DNA of 64,000 bases from Synechococcales cyanobacterium VAR_4_metabat_354 (GTDB taxonomy: Bacteria > Cyanobacteriota > Cyanobacteriia > Cyanobacteriales > Chamaesiphonaceae), in NCBI GenBank assembly GCA_031414775.1, contig JANOQI010000042.1, forward strand, positions 1 to 64,000, in the 5' to 3' direction. Of the stretch, positions 1-11,439 are shown in pieces. The translations under genes and the position numbers were made by a program. The notes beneath the pieces are model-generated. The model was not told the DNA's origin, searched no databases, and saw nothing but the letters and a program-made list of their open reading frames with translations. How positions within the stretch are numbered: the stretch's first letter is position 1; each line of letters begins with the position of its first letter.

Positions 1-138
1 AACATTCCCGGCATCGCTCTCCAGTTAATTGCTTTGTCAACATTCTCTGTGGATTGATTGCTTATTGTCATCAACCTAAGAAGCCAGGAATCGCTATGGA
101 ACACAATTTACTGGCTTCTGTTTAACCCGAACTCAGGT
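1..138 (+). mobile_element. Right end of an IS982-family insertion sequence (transposase C-terminus 3..125, terminal inverted repeat about 126..138)
   Basis: Frame from nt 3 reads [40 protein letters not shown], resembling the IS982 transposase C-terminus; followed by CCCGAACTCAGGT (reverse complement begins 5'-AC, as IS982 ends do). Truncated by the window edge. Confidence 0.8.
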
Positions 139-151
139 TAGATAATAAAAC

Positions 152-183
152 AAAGCCCTCTAGACTTTAGTCTAGAGGGCTTT
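152..183. terminator. Intrinsic terminator downstream of infB, possibly bidirectional
   Basis: Perfect inverted repeat AAAGCCCTCTAGACT-TT-AGTCTAGAGGGCTTT with A/T-rich flanks. Confidence 0.8.
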
Positions 184-197
184 ATCTGAATTACCGT

Positions 198-3116
198 TTA
201 CACAGTCAAAGTTCGGCGCTTACTGACGAATTGGAACGTTTCAATAATGTCCCCTTCCTTCCAGTCATTAAAGCGATCGAGACGAATACCGCATTCAAAC
301 CCAGCATTCATCTCCTTCACATCGTCCTTCACCCGCTTCAGCGAATCCAGAACACCAGTGAAGACCAACTGCTCGCCCCGCTTGATTCGGATTTGGCAGT
401 TACGCACCGCCTTACCACTGAGCACATAGCAACCAGCAATATTCCCACGACCAGCTTGGAACACCGCCCGCACTTCCACCTGACCCAGTGGTTCTTCCAC
501 CTGTTCAGGATCGAGCAAGCCTTCCATCGCGCTTTGGATATCATCCAACAGGTTATAGATAATATCGTATTCTCGAATATCGACACCAGAAGTATCGGCC
601 AAGGCTCGCGCCCCACTAGCCAAGCTAGTATTAAAACCGATAATTACCGCGCCACTGGCCGCAGCTAAGTCCACATCAGTCTCAGTGACTTCACCCGGAG
701 CTGAGAACAATACCCGTACCTGAACTTCTTTCTGCGGCAGCTGACGCAAGGAACCCAAAATTGCTTCTACCGAACCTTGTACATCGGCCTTCAGAATCAA
801 ATTCAACTCCTTCAGATCGCCTTCTTGAGCTTGCGCAGAGAGAGTATTGAGCGTGACTCGGCGCGAAGACATCATCTGCTGGAGACGGGAATGGCGATAG
901 GATTCTGAATTCTTATCGGCCACCGCTCGCGCTTCTTTTTCACTCAGGTATACTTCAAACTCGTCACCAGCTGCTGGCACATCGCTCATCCCTAATACCT
1001 CAACGGCAAAGGAAGGACCAGCGGCTTCGACGCGCTGAAGCCTGTCGTCTACCATGGCGCGTACTTTACAGAAGACGTGACCAGCAACGAGAGTATCACT
1101 CACCCGCAGCGTCCCATTCTGGATGAGGAGAGTAGCCACTGGCCCTTTTGCCTTATCTAAATGCGCTTCGATGATGGTGCCCTTCGCCGGACGGTTCGGA
1201 TTCGCTTGCAGATCTTCGACATCAGCTACTAGCAAGATCATTTCTAACAGGGTATCGAGGTTATCACCCTTGAGGGCACTAACCGGCACCATGACTGTAT
1301 CACCGCCCCAATCCTCGGACTGAAGTCCATAGGAAGTGAGTTCTTGCTGTACTCGATCGGCATTAGCACCGGGCTTGTCCATTTTGTTAATGGCCACAAT
1401 AATCGGTACTTCCGCAGCCTGAGCGTGGCGAATTGCTTCGATCGTCTGTGGCCGGACACCGTCATCGGCAGCCACCACCAAGATCGCTACGTCCGTTACC
1501 CGGGCACCCCGCGCCCGCATTGCCGTGAAGGCTTCGTGGCCAGGCGTATCCAAGAAGACCACTTGCTGCATTTTGCCGTTGTGGGTGACATCCACATGGT
1601 AGGCACCAATATGCTGGGTAATCCCACCGGCTTCACCCTGCGCCACCTTGGTTTCACGAATGGCATCCAAGAGGGTCGTTTTACCATGGTCAACGTGCCC
1701 CATGATGGTAACGACTGGTGGCCGTCGGTGCAGATTATCTAGATCGGCAACAGACAACATTTCGGTTATTTTGGTGGCTGGAGCTTGCTCTTCTTTGGTC
1801 TCTACCAAAATGCCCATCTCTTCGGCCACCATCGTGGCGGTGGCCACATCCAGAATCTGCGTGACGCTAACGGCGATTCCCTTAAAGAATAGCTGGCGCA
1901 CAATTTCTGTTTCTGGCACGATCAACAAATCAGCCAAGTCACGTACGGTTAAGCTACCACCCAGAGTAATAAACTCGGGCTTCTCCACGACGGCTTTCTC
2001 ATCTCGTCGCCGATTGTTATGACGACTGCTATCGCCGCCACGCGTGGGTTTCTTGCGAGCGGGAGCGGCAATCGGAGTAGCGGCTCTTTGGGCGCTAGCG
2101 GGCTTAGGCGGCCGCACGATCGATAGACTTACTACTACCGCTGTGCCATCTTCACCTTGTCCATCTTCATCATCGTCGTCATCATCATCAGCAATGATTT
2201 GAGATTTACGCTTCTTACCAGCAGCCTTGGCTGCTTTAGCCGCATTCTCTGCTTCTTCTTCCTCGCCCTTCGACCAAGCCTTGGGCTTCTTGATCTGCTT
2301 CGGTAAAGTGGGTCTGCGCAGTTCGAGCTTCTCGACGTTATCAATGACATCGATCGAATCATCATCATCATTATTGCCACCCATCCCACCAGGGACAGCA
2401 CCCACCGATGCCAACGGCTTAATTTGGACAATTTTGCGCTGCGGACGATTTAGTTCGGGGACTGCTGGGACTTCTCGCAGTGGTCGCCGTTCACCAGCAG
2501 CCGGACGAGCTGGGCGATCAGGATTTGTACCAGCGGGTCGTACTGGGGCACCCGCCACCTTCAACACTGGCTTGACTGTTGGCCGGGCTGGGCTTTCTGA
2601 GCTGGCTTGTTCACTGCCACTGCGTTCTGGTGAACGAGCCGGCTGTGCCCGCATAGAAACAGGTTCAGATGCTGGCCGAGCAGTAGTCACCTCTTGTCTA
2701 GCTACTTCGGCAGGAGCTGTTTGGGGGCGAGAGACTGGTCGTTCAGGATTGTTGGGAGATGTCATAGATGGTGGGACAGCCGTTGGCTTCGGTGCCATCC
2801 CAGATTCTGCACTAGCTTCTTCCTGGTTGGTTTTGTGCCGAATCTGTAAAATCTGCGGTTTCTGTTCGCCACTAGCTTTAGCCGCTGGTTGTCGATCGAC
2901 CTTTTCTTTTTCGACCGCTGAGGGCTTCTTCGCTTGGTCTGGACGAGCGATCAACTTTTGAGCAGCAGCTCTGATTCTCCCCGCTTCTGCTTCCGAGATC
3001 GTACTGCTATGACTCTTCACCGCAATCTCTAGCTCTTCGCAAACCATTAGCAGATCTTTGTTTTCCAAATTCAATTCCCTAGATAAATCATAAATTCTAA
3101 TTTTGCTGTTGTTCAT
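198..3116 (-). CDS. infB: Translation initiation factor IF-2
   Basis: [13 protein letters not shown] and NKMD GTPase motifs; [12 protein letters not shown]-terminal domain; downstream of nusA-ylxR. Confidence 0.99.
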   Translation of the reverse strand: MNNSKIRIYDLSRELNLENKDLLMVCEELEIAVKSHSSTISEAEAGRIRAAAQKLIARPDQAKKPSAVEKEKVDRQPAAKASGEQKPQILQIRHKTNQEEASAESGMAPKPTAVPPSMTSPNNPERPVSRPQTAPAEVARQEVTTARPASEPVSMRAQPARSPERSGSEQASSESPARPTVKPVLKVAGAPVRPAGTNPDRPARPAAGERRPLREVPAVPELNRPQRKIVQIKPLASVGAVPGGMGGNNDDDDSIDVIDNVEKLELRRPTLPKQIKKPKAWSKGEEEEAENAAKAAKAAGKKRKSQIIADDDDDDDEDGQGEDGTAVVVSLSIVRPPKPASAQRAATPIAAPARKKPTRGGDSSRHNNRRRDEKAVVEKPEFITLGGSLTVRDLADLLIVPETEIVRQLFFKGIAVSVTQILDVATATMVAEEMGILVETKEEQAPATKITEMLSVADLDNLHRRPPVVTIMGHVDHGKTTLLDAIRETKVAQGEAGGITQHIGAYHVDVTHNGKMQQVVFLDTPGHEAFTAMRARGARVTDVAILVVAADDGVRPQTIEAIRHAQAAEVPIIVAINKMDKPGANADRVQQELTSYGLQSEDWGGDTVMVPVSALKGDNLDTLLEMILLVADVEDLQANPNRPAKGTIIEAHLDKAKGPVATLLIQNGTLRVSDTLVAGHVFCKVRAMVDDRLQRVEAAGPSFAVEVLGMSDVPAAGDEFEVYLSEKEARAVADKNSESYRHSRLQQMMSSRRVTLNTLSAQAQEGDLKELNLILKADVQGSVEAILGSLRQLPQKEVQVRVLFSAPGEVTETDVDLAAASGAVIIGFNTSLASGARALADTSGVDIREYDIIYNLLDDIQSAMEGLLDPEQVEEPLGQVEVRAVFQAGRGNIAGCYVLSGKAVRNCQIRIKRGEQLVFTGVLDSLKRVKDDVKEMNAGFECGIRLDRFNDWKEGDIIETFQFVSKRRTLTV

Positions 3117-3547
3117 CCACTGCGCCCTCGTAATACCTTTCAGTTCCTGGTTAAAAATTGTGTTATTGGCCTGGCGCTGTTATCGGCGACAAGGCTAAAA
3201 ATCTGTTAAGTGAAGGTGGTAGCCTCTGGTTAATAGATATGCTGAAAGCCTACGCTAGGCTATTTCAGGATTCAAAAACCGCTTCTTTGTACACAACCCC
3301 GATCACCAACACTGACGTGAGTCGCTAAAAAAATTGGGACTGATGGGACTGAAACTGCAAACGGACATGCCATGTAGATTTTGGATTTGTGATTATAATA
3401 TATTCTGCCATGAATTCTTCAATCTGTCTCAGTCGCAGCTAATTTCAGCTCAGACAATGACTGTTACGCTACTCAGATATGGAAAAATGGCTACTGTAAC
3501 TTTTGTAATCTGCTTGCTTGATGGCCGATGAATGAAGATTAGAGCTA

Positions 3548-3793
3548 TTAATTTACGAGTCTAGCCGTCAGTTGCTGGTAAATAATATCTGGGACAGGGG
3601 TTTTTAAGGCTCGACCCAATCGATTCTTCTTCTGAGCGGCAGCTAGGCAGTCAGCGGTCGGGCAGAGATAAGCAGAGCGCCCCATGCCCTGATCTAACTG
3701 CACCGACCGTTGCGGATGGAGACGAACCACCCGCCACAATTGTTGTCGATCGATCAGTTGCCGACAACTAAGGCAGCGGCGGTAGTTCTTCAT
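3548..3793 (-). CDS. ylxR: YlxR (DUF448) family RNA-binding protein
   Basis: RRCLSCR and GRSAYLC motifs; between nusA and infB. Confidence 0.93.
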   Translation of the reverse strand: MKNYRRCLSCRQLIDRQQLWRVVRLHPQRSVQLDQGMGRSAYLCPTADCLAAAQKKNRLGRALKTPVPDIIYQQLTARLVN

Positions 3794-3813
3794 CCTCTGA
3801 TTCTCTCCATTAT

Positions 3814-5112
3814 TTAGTCCTCTTCGTACTCATATTCATCTTGTTGATACTCTGGAGGATTAGCCGCTCGTTGCGCTTCAACTTCGGCCATCGCCGCTAC
3901 CGCATCGTATTTAGCAATATCCTTGATATCAATTTTCCAGCCAGTGAGCCGGGCAGCCAACCGCACGTTTTGGCCTTCCTTACCGATCGCCAGACTCAGC
4001 TGGTCTTCTGGCACCAAAATATGAGCCTGACGATCTTCGGGATTCACTAAAATCACCTCGTCAATCCGGGCGGGACTAAGGGCATTAGAAATATAAGTAG
4101 CCGGGTCTGGCGACCAGCGAATCACATCGATTTTTTCGCCCTGCAATTCATCTACCACCACTTGAATCCGCGATCCCCGCGAACCAATACAAGCTCCGAC
4201 TGGGTCAACATCGCCTTCGAGAGTGTCCACTGCAATTTTAGTTCGGGGACCGACATTGCGATAGGGCGGGTTAGCTTCTCGGGCAACCGCCACAATCCGC
4301 ACGATTTCTTCTTCAATTTCGGGGACTTCTGTCGCAAACAATTCCACTACCAAGCCAGCAGCAGTGCGGGAAACTAGCAACTGGGGTCCACGCTGAGAAC
4401 CATCCCGAACTTTTTTCATAATGACCCGAAAAGATCGGCCAATGCGGTAATTATCCTTGGGCAACTGTTCTTTTTGAGGCAGTTCGGCTTCTACTTCGGG
4501 CTGCCCGAAACCACTGCTCACCGACAAAATCACCGATTGGCGCTCAAACCTTAGCACCTTGCCCATAATCACCGAGCCTTCGAGGTGTTCAAATTCCTCT
4601 TGAATGATCTTGCGCTGTTGATCTCGCAACTTTTGAGCCAATACTTGTTTGGCCTGAATCGCCGCCATCCGACCAAAGTCTTTTTGGTTGGGAGTTACAT
4701 CCAGCAAGACAGAATCGCCAATTTGAGTTTCTGGGAGTTCCGCATCTACTGCTGCGTCATCAGGATTACCACCCAGTATTTTTTTAACTTCTGACCAAGA
4801 GATTTCATGATCATCATCGGTCACTTCTTCCACAATTACCTTGGTAGCAATGACTTGAAAAGATTCATCTTCCAAGTCCAGCTGCACATCAAAATTGTCG
4901 AAATACTCTTCTTCAAAATGCAGTTGGTCGAGGTGCTGTGCTCGCCGATAGCGTTCGTAGCCCTTTAACAAAGCTTCCCGCAGGGCTAGTTGGACGGCAG
5001 TGACAGGGAGGTTTCGATCTTGGCTAATCTCGACAATCATCGCACTCAGTCCTGGCAGACTGACTGTTTTAGTGGCTTTTTCGGCTTTTTTAGTTGACTT
5101 TCTGGGTGGCAT
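3814..5112 (-). CDS. nusA: Transcription termination/antitermination factor NusA
   Basis: [12 protein letters not shown]1 and KH domains ([39 protein letters not shown]). Confidence 0.99.
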   Translation of the reverse strand: MPPRKSTKKAEKATKTVSLPGLSAMIVEISQDRNLPVTAVQLALREALLKGYERYRRAQHLDQLHFEEEYFDNFDVQLDLEDESFQVIATKVIVEEVTDDDHEISWSEVKKILGGNPDDAAVDAELPETQIGDSVLLDVTPNQKDFGRMAAIQAKQVLAQKLRDQQRKIIQEEFEHLEGSVIMGKVLRFERQSVILSVSSGFGQPEVEAELPQKEQLPKDNYRIGRSFRVIMKKVRDGSQRGPQLLVSRTAAGLVVELFATEVPEIEEEIVRIVAVAREANPPYRNVGPRTKIAVDTLEGDVDPVGACIGSRGSRIQVVVDELQGEKIDVIRWSPDPATYISNALSPARIDEVILVNPEDRQAHILVPEDQLSLAIGKEGQNVRLAARLTGWKIDIKDIAKYDAVAAMAEVEAQRAANPPEYQQDEYEYEED

Positions 5113-5159
5113 ATTCAGTTGTGGGTAGTAATGAAGGTGAGCAGGTCAGGGCAATGTCA

Positions 5160-5618
5160 CTAATCGCTATCTAGAACGACAGCACTGACTAATTCACGGG
5201 GAATATTAACAATTTTTCCTTTCTGGGTAAGGTGGATGGTGGTGTCATCGCGCTCTTTCAGTTGTCCTTTTAAGGCCGTTTTACCTTTGAGCGGCTGATG
5301 AAGCTGCACCGATACCGTAAAGCCTCGAAAAACTTCAAACTCTCGATCGGTAGTCAGAGTGTTGGCCGCGCCGGGACTAGAAATTTCTAGGTTGTAGGGG
5401 AATGGAATTAATTCCGCTTCGTCCAAGGCGGCCTCTAGCGATCGACTCATCCGTTCACAATCGGCTAAACCAGTTTCAGCATCTAGACTCCGAATATCCA
5501 CCCGCAGGATGGGCGGTCGTTCGTTGGTATAAAAAACTGCTGTTACAACAGTCAAGCCCAGTTCGGTGGCCACGGGTTCGGCCAAATCAATAATTGAGGG
5601 AATCAGGGGATGAGTCAT
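5160..5618 (-). CDS. rimP: Ribosome maturation factor RimP
   Basis: LADCERMSR and YNLEISSPG motifs; first gene of the rimP-nusA-infB operon. Confidence 0.96.
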   Translation of the reverse strand: MTHPLIPSIIDLAEPVATELGLTVVTAVFYTNERPPILRVDIRSLDAETGLADCERMSRSLEAALDEAELIPFPYNLEISSPGAANTLTTDREFEVFRGFTVSVQLHQPLKGKTALKGQLKERDDTTIHLTQKGKIVNIPRELVSAVVLDSD

Positions 5619-5675
5619 ATCTAAACAAGTGACAACGTGACGGCTGCGGTAATAGACTAGCGGCCATTATTGAGC

Positions 5676-5704
5676 GCAAAAAAAGTGGGGGATTGCGCCC
5701 ACAC
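5676..5704 (-). promoter_or_regulatory. rimP-leader-like attenuator hairpin
   Basis: Minus strand GTGGG-CGCAATCC-CCCAC followed by T7, about 60 nt upstream of rimP; fits the known terminator-like rimP leader. Confidence 0.6.
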
Positions 5705-5889
5705 CCATGGTCGTATTACCTAGACACAACCGAGTAGTAAATTGGAGTTACTGCTATTTTAACAGAATTGGCTCGGCGCAAAATTCTCTTGGTTGAAGTT
5801 AAGCGCAAACGACACAACTCTTTACCCGCTGCATAAGCAGTATAGTGGGGGCATCCTACAAGTTTTTCATGGAACCGGAGCCAAAAGTC

Positions 5890-6213
5890 ATGGGCGCAAC
5901 TGCTTATATTCAAGATCAAGCCGAATTCGATAGTTTATTGGCCACCTCAGATGTTTTGGTGGTGGACTATACGGCCAGCTGGTGCGGCCCTTGCAAATTA
6001 ATTGCTCCCCTCGTGGATGATTTAGCCGATACTTATGGCGATCGAGCGACAGTCATGAAGTTGGATATTGATGCTCACAAGGAAATTGCCAAAAAGTTTG
6101 AAGTCAAAAGTATTCCGGTGGTGATGTTTTTTAAGCAGGGCGAAGTAGTAGAAAAGCTGCTAGGTGCCAAAGCTTATGAAGAATACGTGAGTGCGATCGA
6201 ACGTCATCTTTAG
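5890..6213 (+). CDS. Thioredoxin (x-type-like)
   Basis: WCGPC active site; ATG 5890 gives a typical 107-aa Trx. Confidence 0.93.
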   Translation: MGATAYIQDQAEFDSLLATSDVLVVDYTASWCGPCKLIAPLVDDLADTYGDRATVMKLDIDAHKEIAKKFEVKSIPVVMFFKQGEVVEKLLGAKAYEEYVSAIERHL

Positions 6214-6258
6214 ATCTTAGAATTAGTTAGAATTTGAAATTTCTCCTCCCATTTGCAC

Positions 6259-7449
6259 ATGACTGCTAAACATCTCAAATCCAAAGCCCTAAAACCCAGC
6301 AGCCGCCGTCCGGCTAAGGAACTTTGCAGTGAATGTGGCCTGTGTGATACCTACTACATTCACTACGTCAGCGAAGCCTGTGCCTTTCTAAACCAGCAGA
6401 TTCCGGCGCTCGAAGAACAGGTACATGGGCGCAGCCGGGATTTGGAGCGGGAGGATGATCTGTATTTTGGGGTACATAACCAGATGATGGCGGCGCGGAA
6501 AATTGAGCCAATTCCTGGTGCTCAATGGACTGGCATTGTGAGTACGATCGCTATTCAGATGCTGGAAAATGGTTTGGTGGAAGGAGTAGTCTGCGTCCAA
6601 AATAGCCCCGACGACAGGTTTCAGCCCCAACCAATTATTGCCCGCAACCGGGCAGAAATTCTAGCAGCGAAGGTAAACAAACCAACGCTATCGCCCAATT
6701 TATCGGTGCTAGAGCAGGTAGCTAATTCCGGGATGAAAAGGCTACTGGTTATTGGGGTGGGCTGCCAAATCCAGGCACTTCGTGCTGTTGAAAAAGAACT
6801 GGGACTAGAAAAGCTCTACGTGTTGGGGACACCTTGCACCGACAACGTTAGTCGCGCCGGGTTGCAAAAATTTTTGGAAACCACCAGCCGGTCGCCAGAA
6901 ACAGTGGTTTATTACGAGTTCATGCAAGATTTCAATGTGCATTTTAAGCATGAAGACGGCTCCACCGAATTGGTGCCTTTTTTTGGTTTGAATACCAAAG
7001 AACTGAAGGATGTATTTGCGCCCTCTTGCCTGAGCTGCTTTGATTATGTGAATTCGCTAGCCGATTTGGTGGTGGGTTATATGGGGGCACCCTTTGGCTG
7101 GCAGTGGATTGTGGTGCGTAACCCGCGTGGTCAAGAAATGCTGGACATGGTACAAGATTTGCTGGAAACTCAGCCGGTAGCTAGCAAAGGTAATCGGAAG
7201 GAAGCGGTGCAGCAAAGCATTGGCGCTTACGACCAAGCGCTGACTTTGCCAATGTGGTTCGCGAAAATCTTGGGGGTGGTGATTGAGAAAATTGGCCCCA
7301 AGGGTTTGGAATATGCCCGGTTCTCGATCGATTCCCACTTTACCCGTAATTATTTGTTCGTTAAACGAAATTATCCAGAAAAATTAGCACAGCATGTTCC
7401 AGAATTTGCTAAAAGGATAGTGGAACAATACAAGTTACCGAGCAAGTAA
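6259..7449 (+). CDS. bciB: Ferredoxin-dependent 8-vinyl (divinyl chlorophyllide) reductase, F420 hydrogenase beta-subunit family
   Basis: CSECGLC, GVGCQ, GTPC.DN and SCLSCFDY motifs typical of the BciB/HCAR family. Confidence 0.85.
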   Translation: MTAKHLKSKALKPSSRRPAKELCSECGLCDTYYIHYVSEACAFLNQQIPALEEQVHGRSRDLEREDDLYFGVHNQMMAARKIEPIPGAQWTGIVSTIAIQMLENGLVEGVVCVQNSPDDRFQPQPIIARNRAEILAAKVNKPTLSPNLSVLEQVANSGMKRLLVIGVGCQIQALRAVEKELGLEKLYVLGTPCTDNVSRAGLQKFLETTSRSPETVVYYEFMQDFNVHFKHEDGSTELVPFFGLNTKELKDVFAPSCLSCFDYVNSLADLVVGYMGAPFGWQWIVVRNPRGQEMLDMVQDLLETQPVASKGNRKEAVQQSIGAYDQALTLPMWFAKILGVVIEKIGPKGLEYARFSIDSHFTRNYLFVKRNYPEKLAQHVPEFAKRIVEQYKLPSK

Positions 7450-7464
7450 TTAGCAGGTCATAGC

Positions 7465-8478
7465 ATGGGTTTCTCCACAGATTCTCCACCTAGTAAAAAA
7501 CGTCGATCGCGTGGTTTCTTCCGGTGGTTGGGACGTAGCATCAGCATGATCTTAGCGATCACGCTACTGTTTTTGATTTATATTTTTCAGATTGAGCCGA
7601 ACTGGTATGACGTGCGTCAGGTGACTTTCACCCTACCCCATCTGCCAGCGGCCTTCGATCGATATCGAATTGTGCAATTGACGGATCTGCATATTGATAA
7701 TTTAAAAGATATTGATCGGCTACAAAAAATTGTGCAGTTAACTGCCCAGCAGCAGCCCGATTTGGTGGTCCTGACTGGAGACTACATCACAGCTGCCATC
7801 TCTGAGCCACCAGCTTCTCCCGTCGCAAAGCAAAAGAGCCGAACTACTCCTTATCAGGGCATGTCCCATTTGACATTTTTGGATACGATTACCAACGTCA
7901 CTGGTGCTAATACAAATCGTCTAGAACCAGTAAAGTCTTTACCCACCTTGGCTACTGGCTTGCGGCAGCTCCGCGCTCCCGATGGAATGGTAGCTGTATT
8001 GGGCAATCATGATCAGTGGAATGACCCCCGATTAGTCCAAACATTGCAAGCTCTGGGCATTAAAATTTTGGCAAACGATCTGACCCCGATCCAACGTGGT
8101 ACTGCCCAAATTCAAATCGCCGGAGTTAAGGATCTTATGGTTAAGCAAGCCGATTTGCAACCAATTCTAACTAAAATGGGCACAGCAGAAGGTGCAATTC
8201 TGTTGGCGCACGAACCAGATTTTGCCGACATCAGTGCGGCTACTGGTAAATTTGACTTACAGTTATCTGGCCATTCCCACGGCGGCCAAGTTCACATCCC
8301 TGGCCTAAAGAGGATTACGCCACCACTGGGCAAAAAATATCCAGCGGGCCAGTACCAGATCCAGCAAATGATTCAGTACACTAGTCGGGGTCTGGGTCTG
8401 GTGACTCCCCGCGTGCGGTTCAACTGCCGTCCCGAAATTACGGTGATCACCTTGCGGTCGCCTGGGGCGCAAGCGTAG
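7465..8478 (+). CDS. Membrane-anchored metallophosphoesterase (YkuE-like)
   Basis: DLH, GDY, GNHD, HEPD and GHSHGGQ motifs; N-terminal TM helix. Confidence 0.9.
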   Translation: MGFSTDSPPSKKRRSRGFFRWLGRSISMILAITLLFLIYIFQIEPNWYDVRQVTFTLPHLPAAFDRYRIVQLTDLHIDNLKDIDRLQKIVQLTAQQQPDLVVLTGDYITAAISEPPASPVAKQKSRTTPYQGMSHLTFLDTITNVTGANTNRLEPVKSLPTLATGLRQLRAPDGMVAVLGNHDQWNDPRLVQTLQALGIKILANDLTPIQRGTAQIQIAGVKDLMVKQADLQPILTKMGTAEGAILLAHEPDFADISAATGKFDLQLSGHSHGGQVHIPGLKRITPPLGKKYPAGQYQIQQMIQYTSRGLGLVTPRVRFNCRPEITVITLRSPGAQA

Positions 8479-8587
8479 CTATCGCCGCAGGTGCCAGCAG
8501 CGCAAAATTCTTAGCTGTAGGTGGATTGTCGCACTGTAACGATAACGTTACAATCAGTGCAGCGAAGTTTTGGAAAAAAGGAAAATC

Positions 8588-9361
8588 ATGTACTTAACCT
8601 GGCTAGATAGCAACTCCTGGCTAATTGAGATGGGTGGACAGCGAATTTTGCTGGATCCTTGGTTAGTAGGTTCTTTGACCTTTGGCAATCTGCCCTGGCT
8701 ATTTAAAGGCGATAAAAATACTGAGCGTCCTTTGCCCGAAAATATTGATCTAATCTTGCTCTCCCAAGGTTTGCCCGACCATGCCCATCCCCCGACACTA
8801 GAGAAGCTCGATCGATCTATCCCAGTAGTTGCTTCTCCCAATGCGGCTAAGGTTGTACAAAAAATGGGCTATACCCAAGTAACCACCCTTGCTCATGGCC
8901 AAGACTTCGCAGTAGGGCAAGTAAGAATCCAAGCAGTACCCGGTTCATTAGTCGGACCAAACTTAGTCGAGAATGGCTATCTGCTCACTGATCTAGTTCA
9001 ACAAACTAAGCTTTATTACGAGCCACATGGCTCCCACTCACCCACGCTCCAAGATATGGCACCGGTAGATGTGGTCATTACGCCGATCATCGATCTAAAA
9101 ATTCCATTGCTGGGTTCAGTCATCAAAGGGACAGCCAGTGCTCTACAAGTAGCCGAGTGGTTAAAGCCCCAAGTGATTTTGCCCACTGCTGCTGGTGGAG
9201 ATATTAGTTTTGAGGGGCTACTGATGTCCTTGCTGAAAGCTGAAGGTGATGCCGAGACGTTGCAATCGTTATTAGTGGCCAAAAAATTAACCACTACAGT
9301 TCTAGAACCAGAAGCTTGGCAAAGGTTTGAAGTAGAACTTGCCGTTTCAGTAGTTACTTGA
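8588..9361 (+). CDS. MBL-fold metallo-hydrolase
   Basis: LTWLDSNSWLIE, LLDPWL, SQGLPDHAH. Confidence 0.85.
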   Translation: MYLTWLDSNSWLIEMGGQRILLDPWLVGSLTFGNLPWLFKGDKNTERPLPENIDLILLSQGLPDHAHPPTLEKLDRSIPVVASPNAAKVVQKMGYTQVTTLAHGQDFAVGQVRIQAVPGSLVGPNLVENGYLLTDLVQQTKLYYEPHGSHSPTLQDMAPVDVVITPIIDLKIPLLGSVIKGTASALQVAEWLKPQVILPTAAGGDISFEGLLMSLLKAEGDAETLQSLLVAKKLTTTVLEPEAWQRFEVELAVSVVT

Positions 9362-10172
9362 GAGCATTACTAATCAGTAATTCCCAAGCCCAATCTGGCA
9401 ACAACCAGCGCAAAAAGATCAATAATTTGGCATCCATCGGAGTGGCATAACGTCTCTTCGGATTACGGCTATTGACTGCCTGAGATACAGCCTTAGACAC
9501 CACCTCCGGTTTAGCAGCATTATCGTAATGGTTCAGGATTTTAGCCATGGGTTTGACTTGGGAACTGTAGGCCGAACCTTGGCTAGTTTCTTGCAGAGTT
9601 TGGGCGGCAATCCCGGACCATTCGCTTTCGATCGCCCCGGGCTGAATCACCACCACTCTGATACCAAAGGGTTTGGTCTCCATCCGTAAAGCATCTGATA
9701 ATACTTCGATCGCATGTTTAGTAGCGTGATACCAACCGCCGATCGGCACCCAAATCCGGCCACCCATCGAACTAATATTCACGATCGTTCCCGATTTAGC
9801 CGATCGCATGGTGGGTAAAACTAATTGAGTTAGTCTAATTAATCCAAAAACATTCACCTCAAACTGCCGCTTGGCTTCAGAAATGGGTACATCCTCGATC
9901 GCCCCGTAGGAACCATAGCCCGCATTATTCACCAGTGCATCTAAGCGACCTTCCGCTGCTAATAAGTGTTGAACAGCAGCCTCCATACTGGCATCGTCGG
10001 TAACATCCAAAAAAAGGGTTTTGGCACCAGCTGCTTGGATATCAGCCATTTGCTCGACGCGCCGAGCTGCACCGTAAACAATCCAGCCATCCTGAAGTAA
10101 TCGGCGGACGATCGATTTCCCAATGCCAGCCGAAGCACCCGTGACCAGGGCAACTTTTTGTTTGTCAGACAT
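9354..10172 (-). CDS. Short-chain dehydrogenase/reductase
   Basis: TGASAGIG, NNAG and YHATK motifs. Confidence 0.95.
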   Translation of the reverse strand: MSDKQKVALVTGASAGIGKSIVRRLLQDGWIVYGAARRVEQMADIQAAGAKTLFLDVTDDASMEAAVQHLLAAEGRLDALVNNAGYGSYGAIEDVPISEAKRQFEVNVFGLIRLTQLVLPTMRSAKSGTIVNISSMGGRIWVPIGGWYHATKHAIEVLSDALRMETKPFGIRVVVIQPGAIESEWSGIAAQTLQETSQGSAYSSQVKPMAKILNHYDNAAKPEVVSKAVSQAVNSRNPKRRYATPMDAKLLIFLRWLLPDWAWELLISNALK

Positions 10173-10279
10173 GCAATCCTCTTTGATCGATAGATAATCA
10201 TTTCTACCATAGATGACATCTCAGGCAAACGTTAGGAGATTGTTGTACCGTCAGGTGATCGAGTCATACTAATCAATTC

Positions 10280-10672
10280 TTAAGTTACTGATGAAATAAG
10301 TTTACGCACCTGTTCTTGCACCTCATTCCGTACTCTCGGAAAAATTTCTGGCTGCTCCGCAGGGTCATCCAGTTGCCAATCCTCAAACAATTCCCTTGTT
10401 AACCACTCGGGTGGTAAGTTTATGCCACAACCACACAGAGAAATCACCACATCAAAGTCGGTGGCCTTAAACTCACTCAATGCCTTGGAGGTTTGCCCGG
10501 TAATATCAATACCCACATCTTTCATGGTGGCGATCGCTTCTGGATGTACTTGGCTGGCTTCCAATCCTGAACTGGTCACTGCGATTTTCCCTACCCCTAA
10601 CTGTTTGGCAAATCCCTCTGCCATCTGCGATCTGGCCGAATTCTTTTTGCAGACAAACATCACCCGTTTCAT
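10280..10672 (-). CDS. arsC: Arsenate reductase, LMW-PTPase fold, cyanobacterial glutaredoxin-coupled type
   Basis: FVCKKNSARSQMAEG P-loop, ISLCGCG, WQLDDP; next to arsR. Confidence 0.9.
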   Translation of the reverse strand: MKRVMFVCKKNSARSQMAEGFAKQLGVGKIAVTSSGLEASQVHPEAIATMKDVGIDITGQTSKALSEFKATDFDVVISLCGCGINLPPEWLTRELFEDWQLDDPAEQPEIFPRVRNEVQEQVRKLISSVT

Positions 10673-10689
10673 GGAGTTGCTCCTAAATT

Positions 10690-11361
10690 TTAAGTTTTGA
10701 TATCGGAAAAATTATTTGATAGCTGGCGATAAACAATCATCGCTAACTGTGCCCCCAAGATGGGTGCAACCCAATACAACCAGTGATGTTGCCAATTCCA
10801 GCTCACCAATGCTGGTCCTAATGATCGGGCTGGATTCATACTGGCTCCAGTCATCGGTCCCATACAGGCGGCTTCTAGCATAACGGTTAAGCCGATCGCC
10901 AGCCCCGCAAACCCAATATGGGCACGTCGATCGAGTCCAGAGCCGAAAATAACCAGCATTAGAATAAAGGAGAGCATGGTCTCTAGGACTAGAGCTTGTG
11001 CCCAGTTACCATCGCGCGGAATTGTTGCCCCTAAATTCCCCACTGCACCCAGTGAAATTCGTAACAGTCCAGAAGCGACAATCGCCCCTAATGATTGGGC
11101 TACAATGTAGGGAATTACTAGGCTCCGCCGCAAGAAGCCCCCACTCCAAAAGGCCAGAGTGACTGCTGGATTAAAGTGGGCACCACTAATGTGACTGAGG
11201 CTATAAATCAAGGCTGTGACTACCGCTCCAAACACCATGCTAATGCCCAGATGGGTAATGGTTCCATTGCTGAGGCGATCGACCATTACGGCACCTGTGC
11301 CAGCAAAAACCATCACAAAAGTACCAATGAATTCTGCTAACAATTCACGGGAATGTTTCAT
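10690..11361 (-). CDS. MIP-family aquaglyceroporin, probable arsenite channel (AqpS-like)
   Basis: Two NPA motifs (AHFNPAVT, SMNPARS); 17 nt upstream of arsC. Confidence 0.9.
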   Translation of the reverse strand: MKHSRELLAEFIGTFVMVFAGTGAVMVDRLSNGTITHLGISMVFGAVVTALIYSLSHISGAHFNPAVTLAFWSGGFLRRSLVIPYIVAQSLGAIVASGLLRISLGAVGNLGATIPRDGNWAQALVLETMLSFILMLVIFGSGLDRRAHIGFAGLAIGLTVMLEAACMGPMTGASMNPARSLGPALVSWNWQHHWLYWVAPILGAQLAMIVYRQLSNNFSDIKT

Positions 11362-11439
11362 AGGTATATCGATTAAAATCAATATAGATAAGTATCAATA
11401 CTTTATCAAAATATATTGGTTTATGTCAATATAGAGTTT

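Noticed and set aside
2227..2961. Long antisense ORFs (also 30971..31579, 56349..56897, 1344..1742)
   Set aside because: Shadows of low-complexity or conserved coding regions with no independent motifs
8535..8552. TGTAAC-N6-GTTACA palindrome as an NtcA site
   Set aside because: Spacing is GTA-N10-TAC, not N8; no regulator can be assigned
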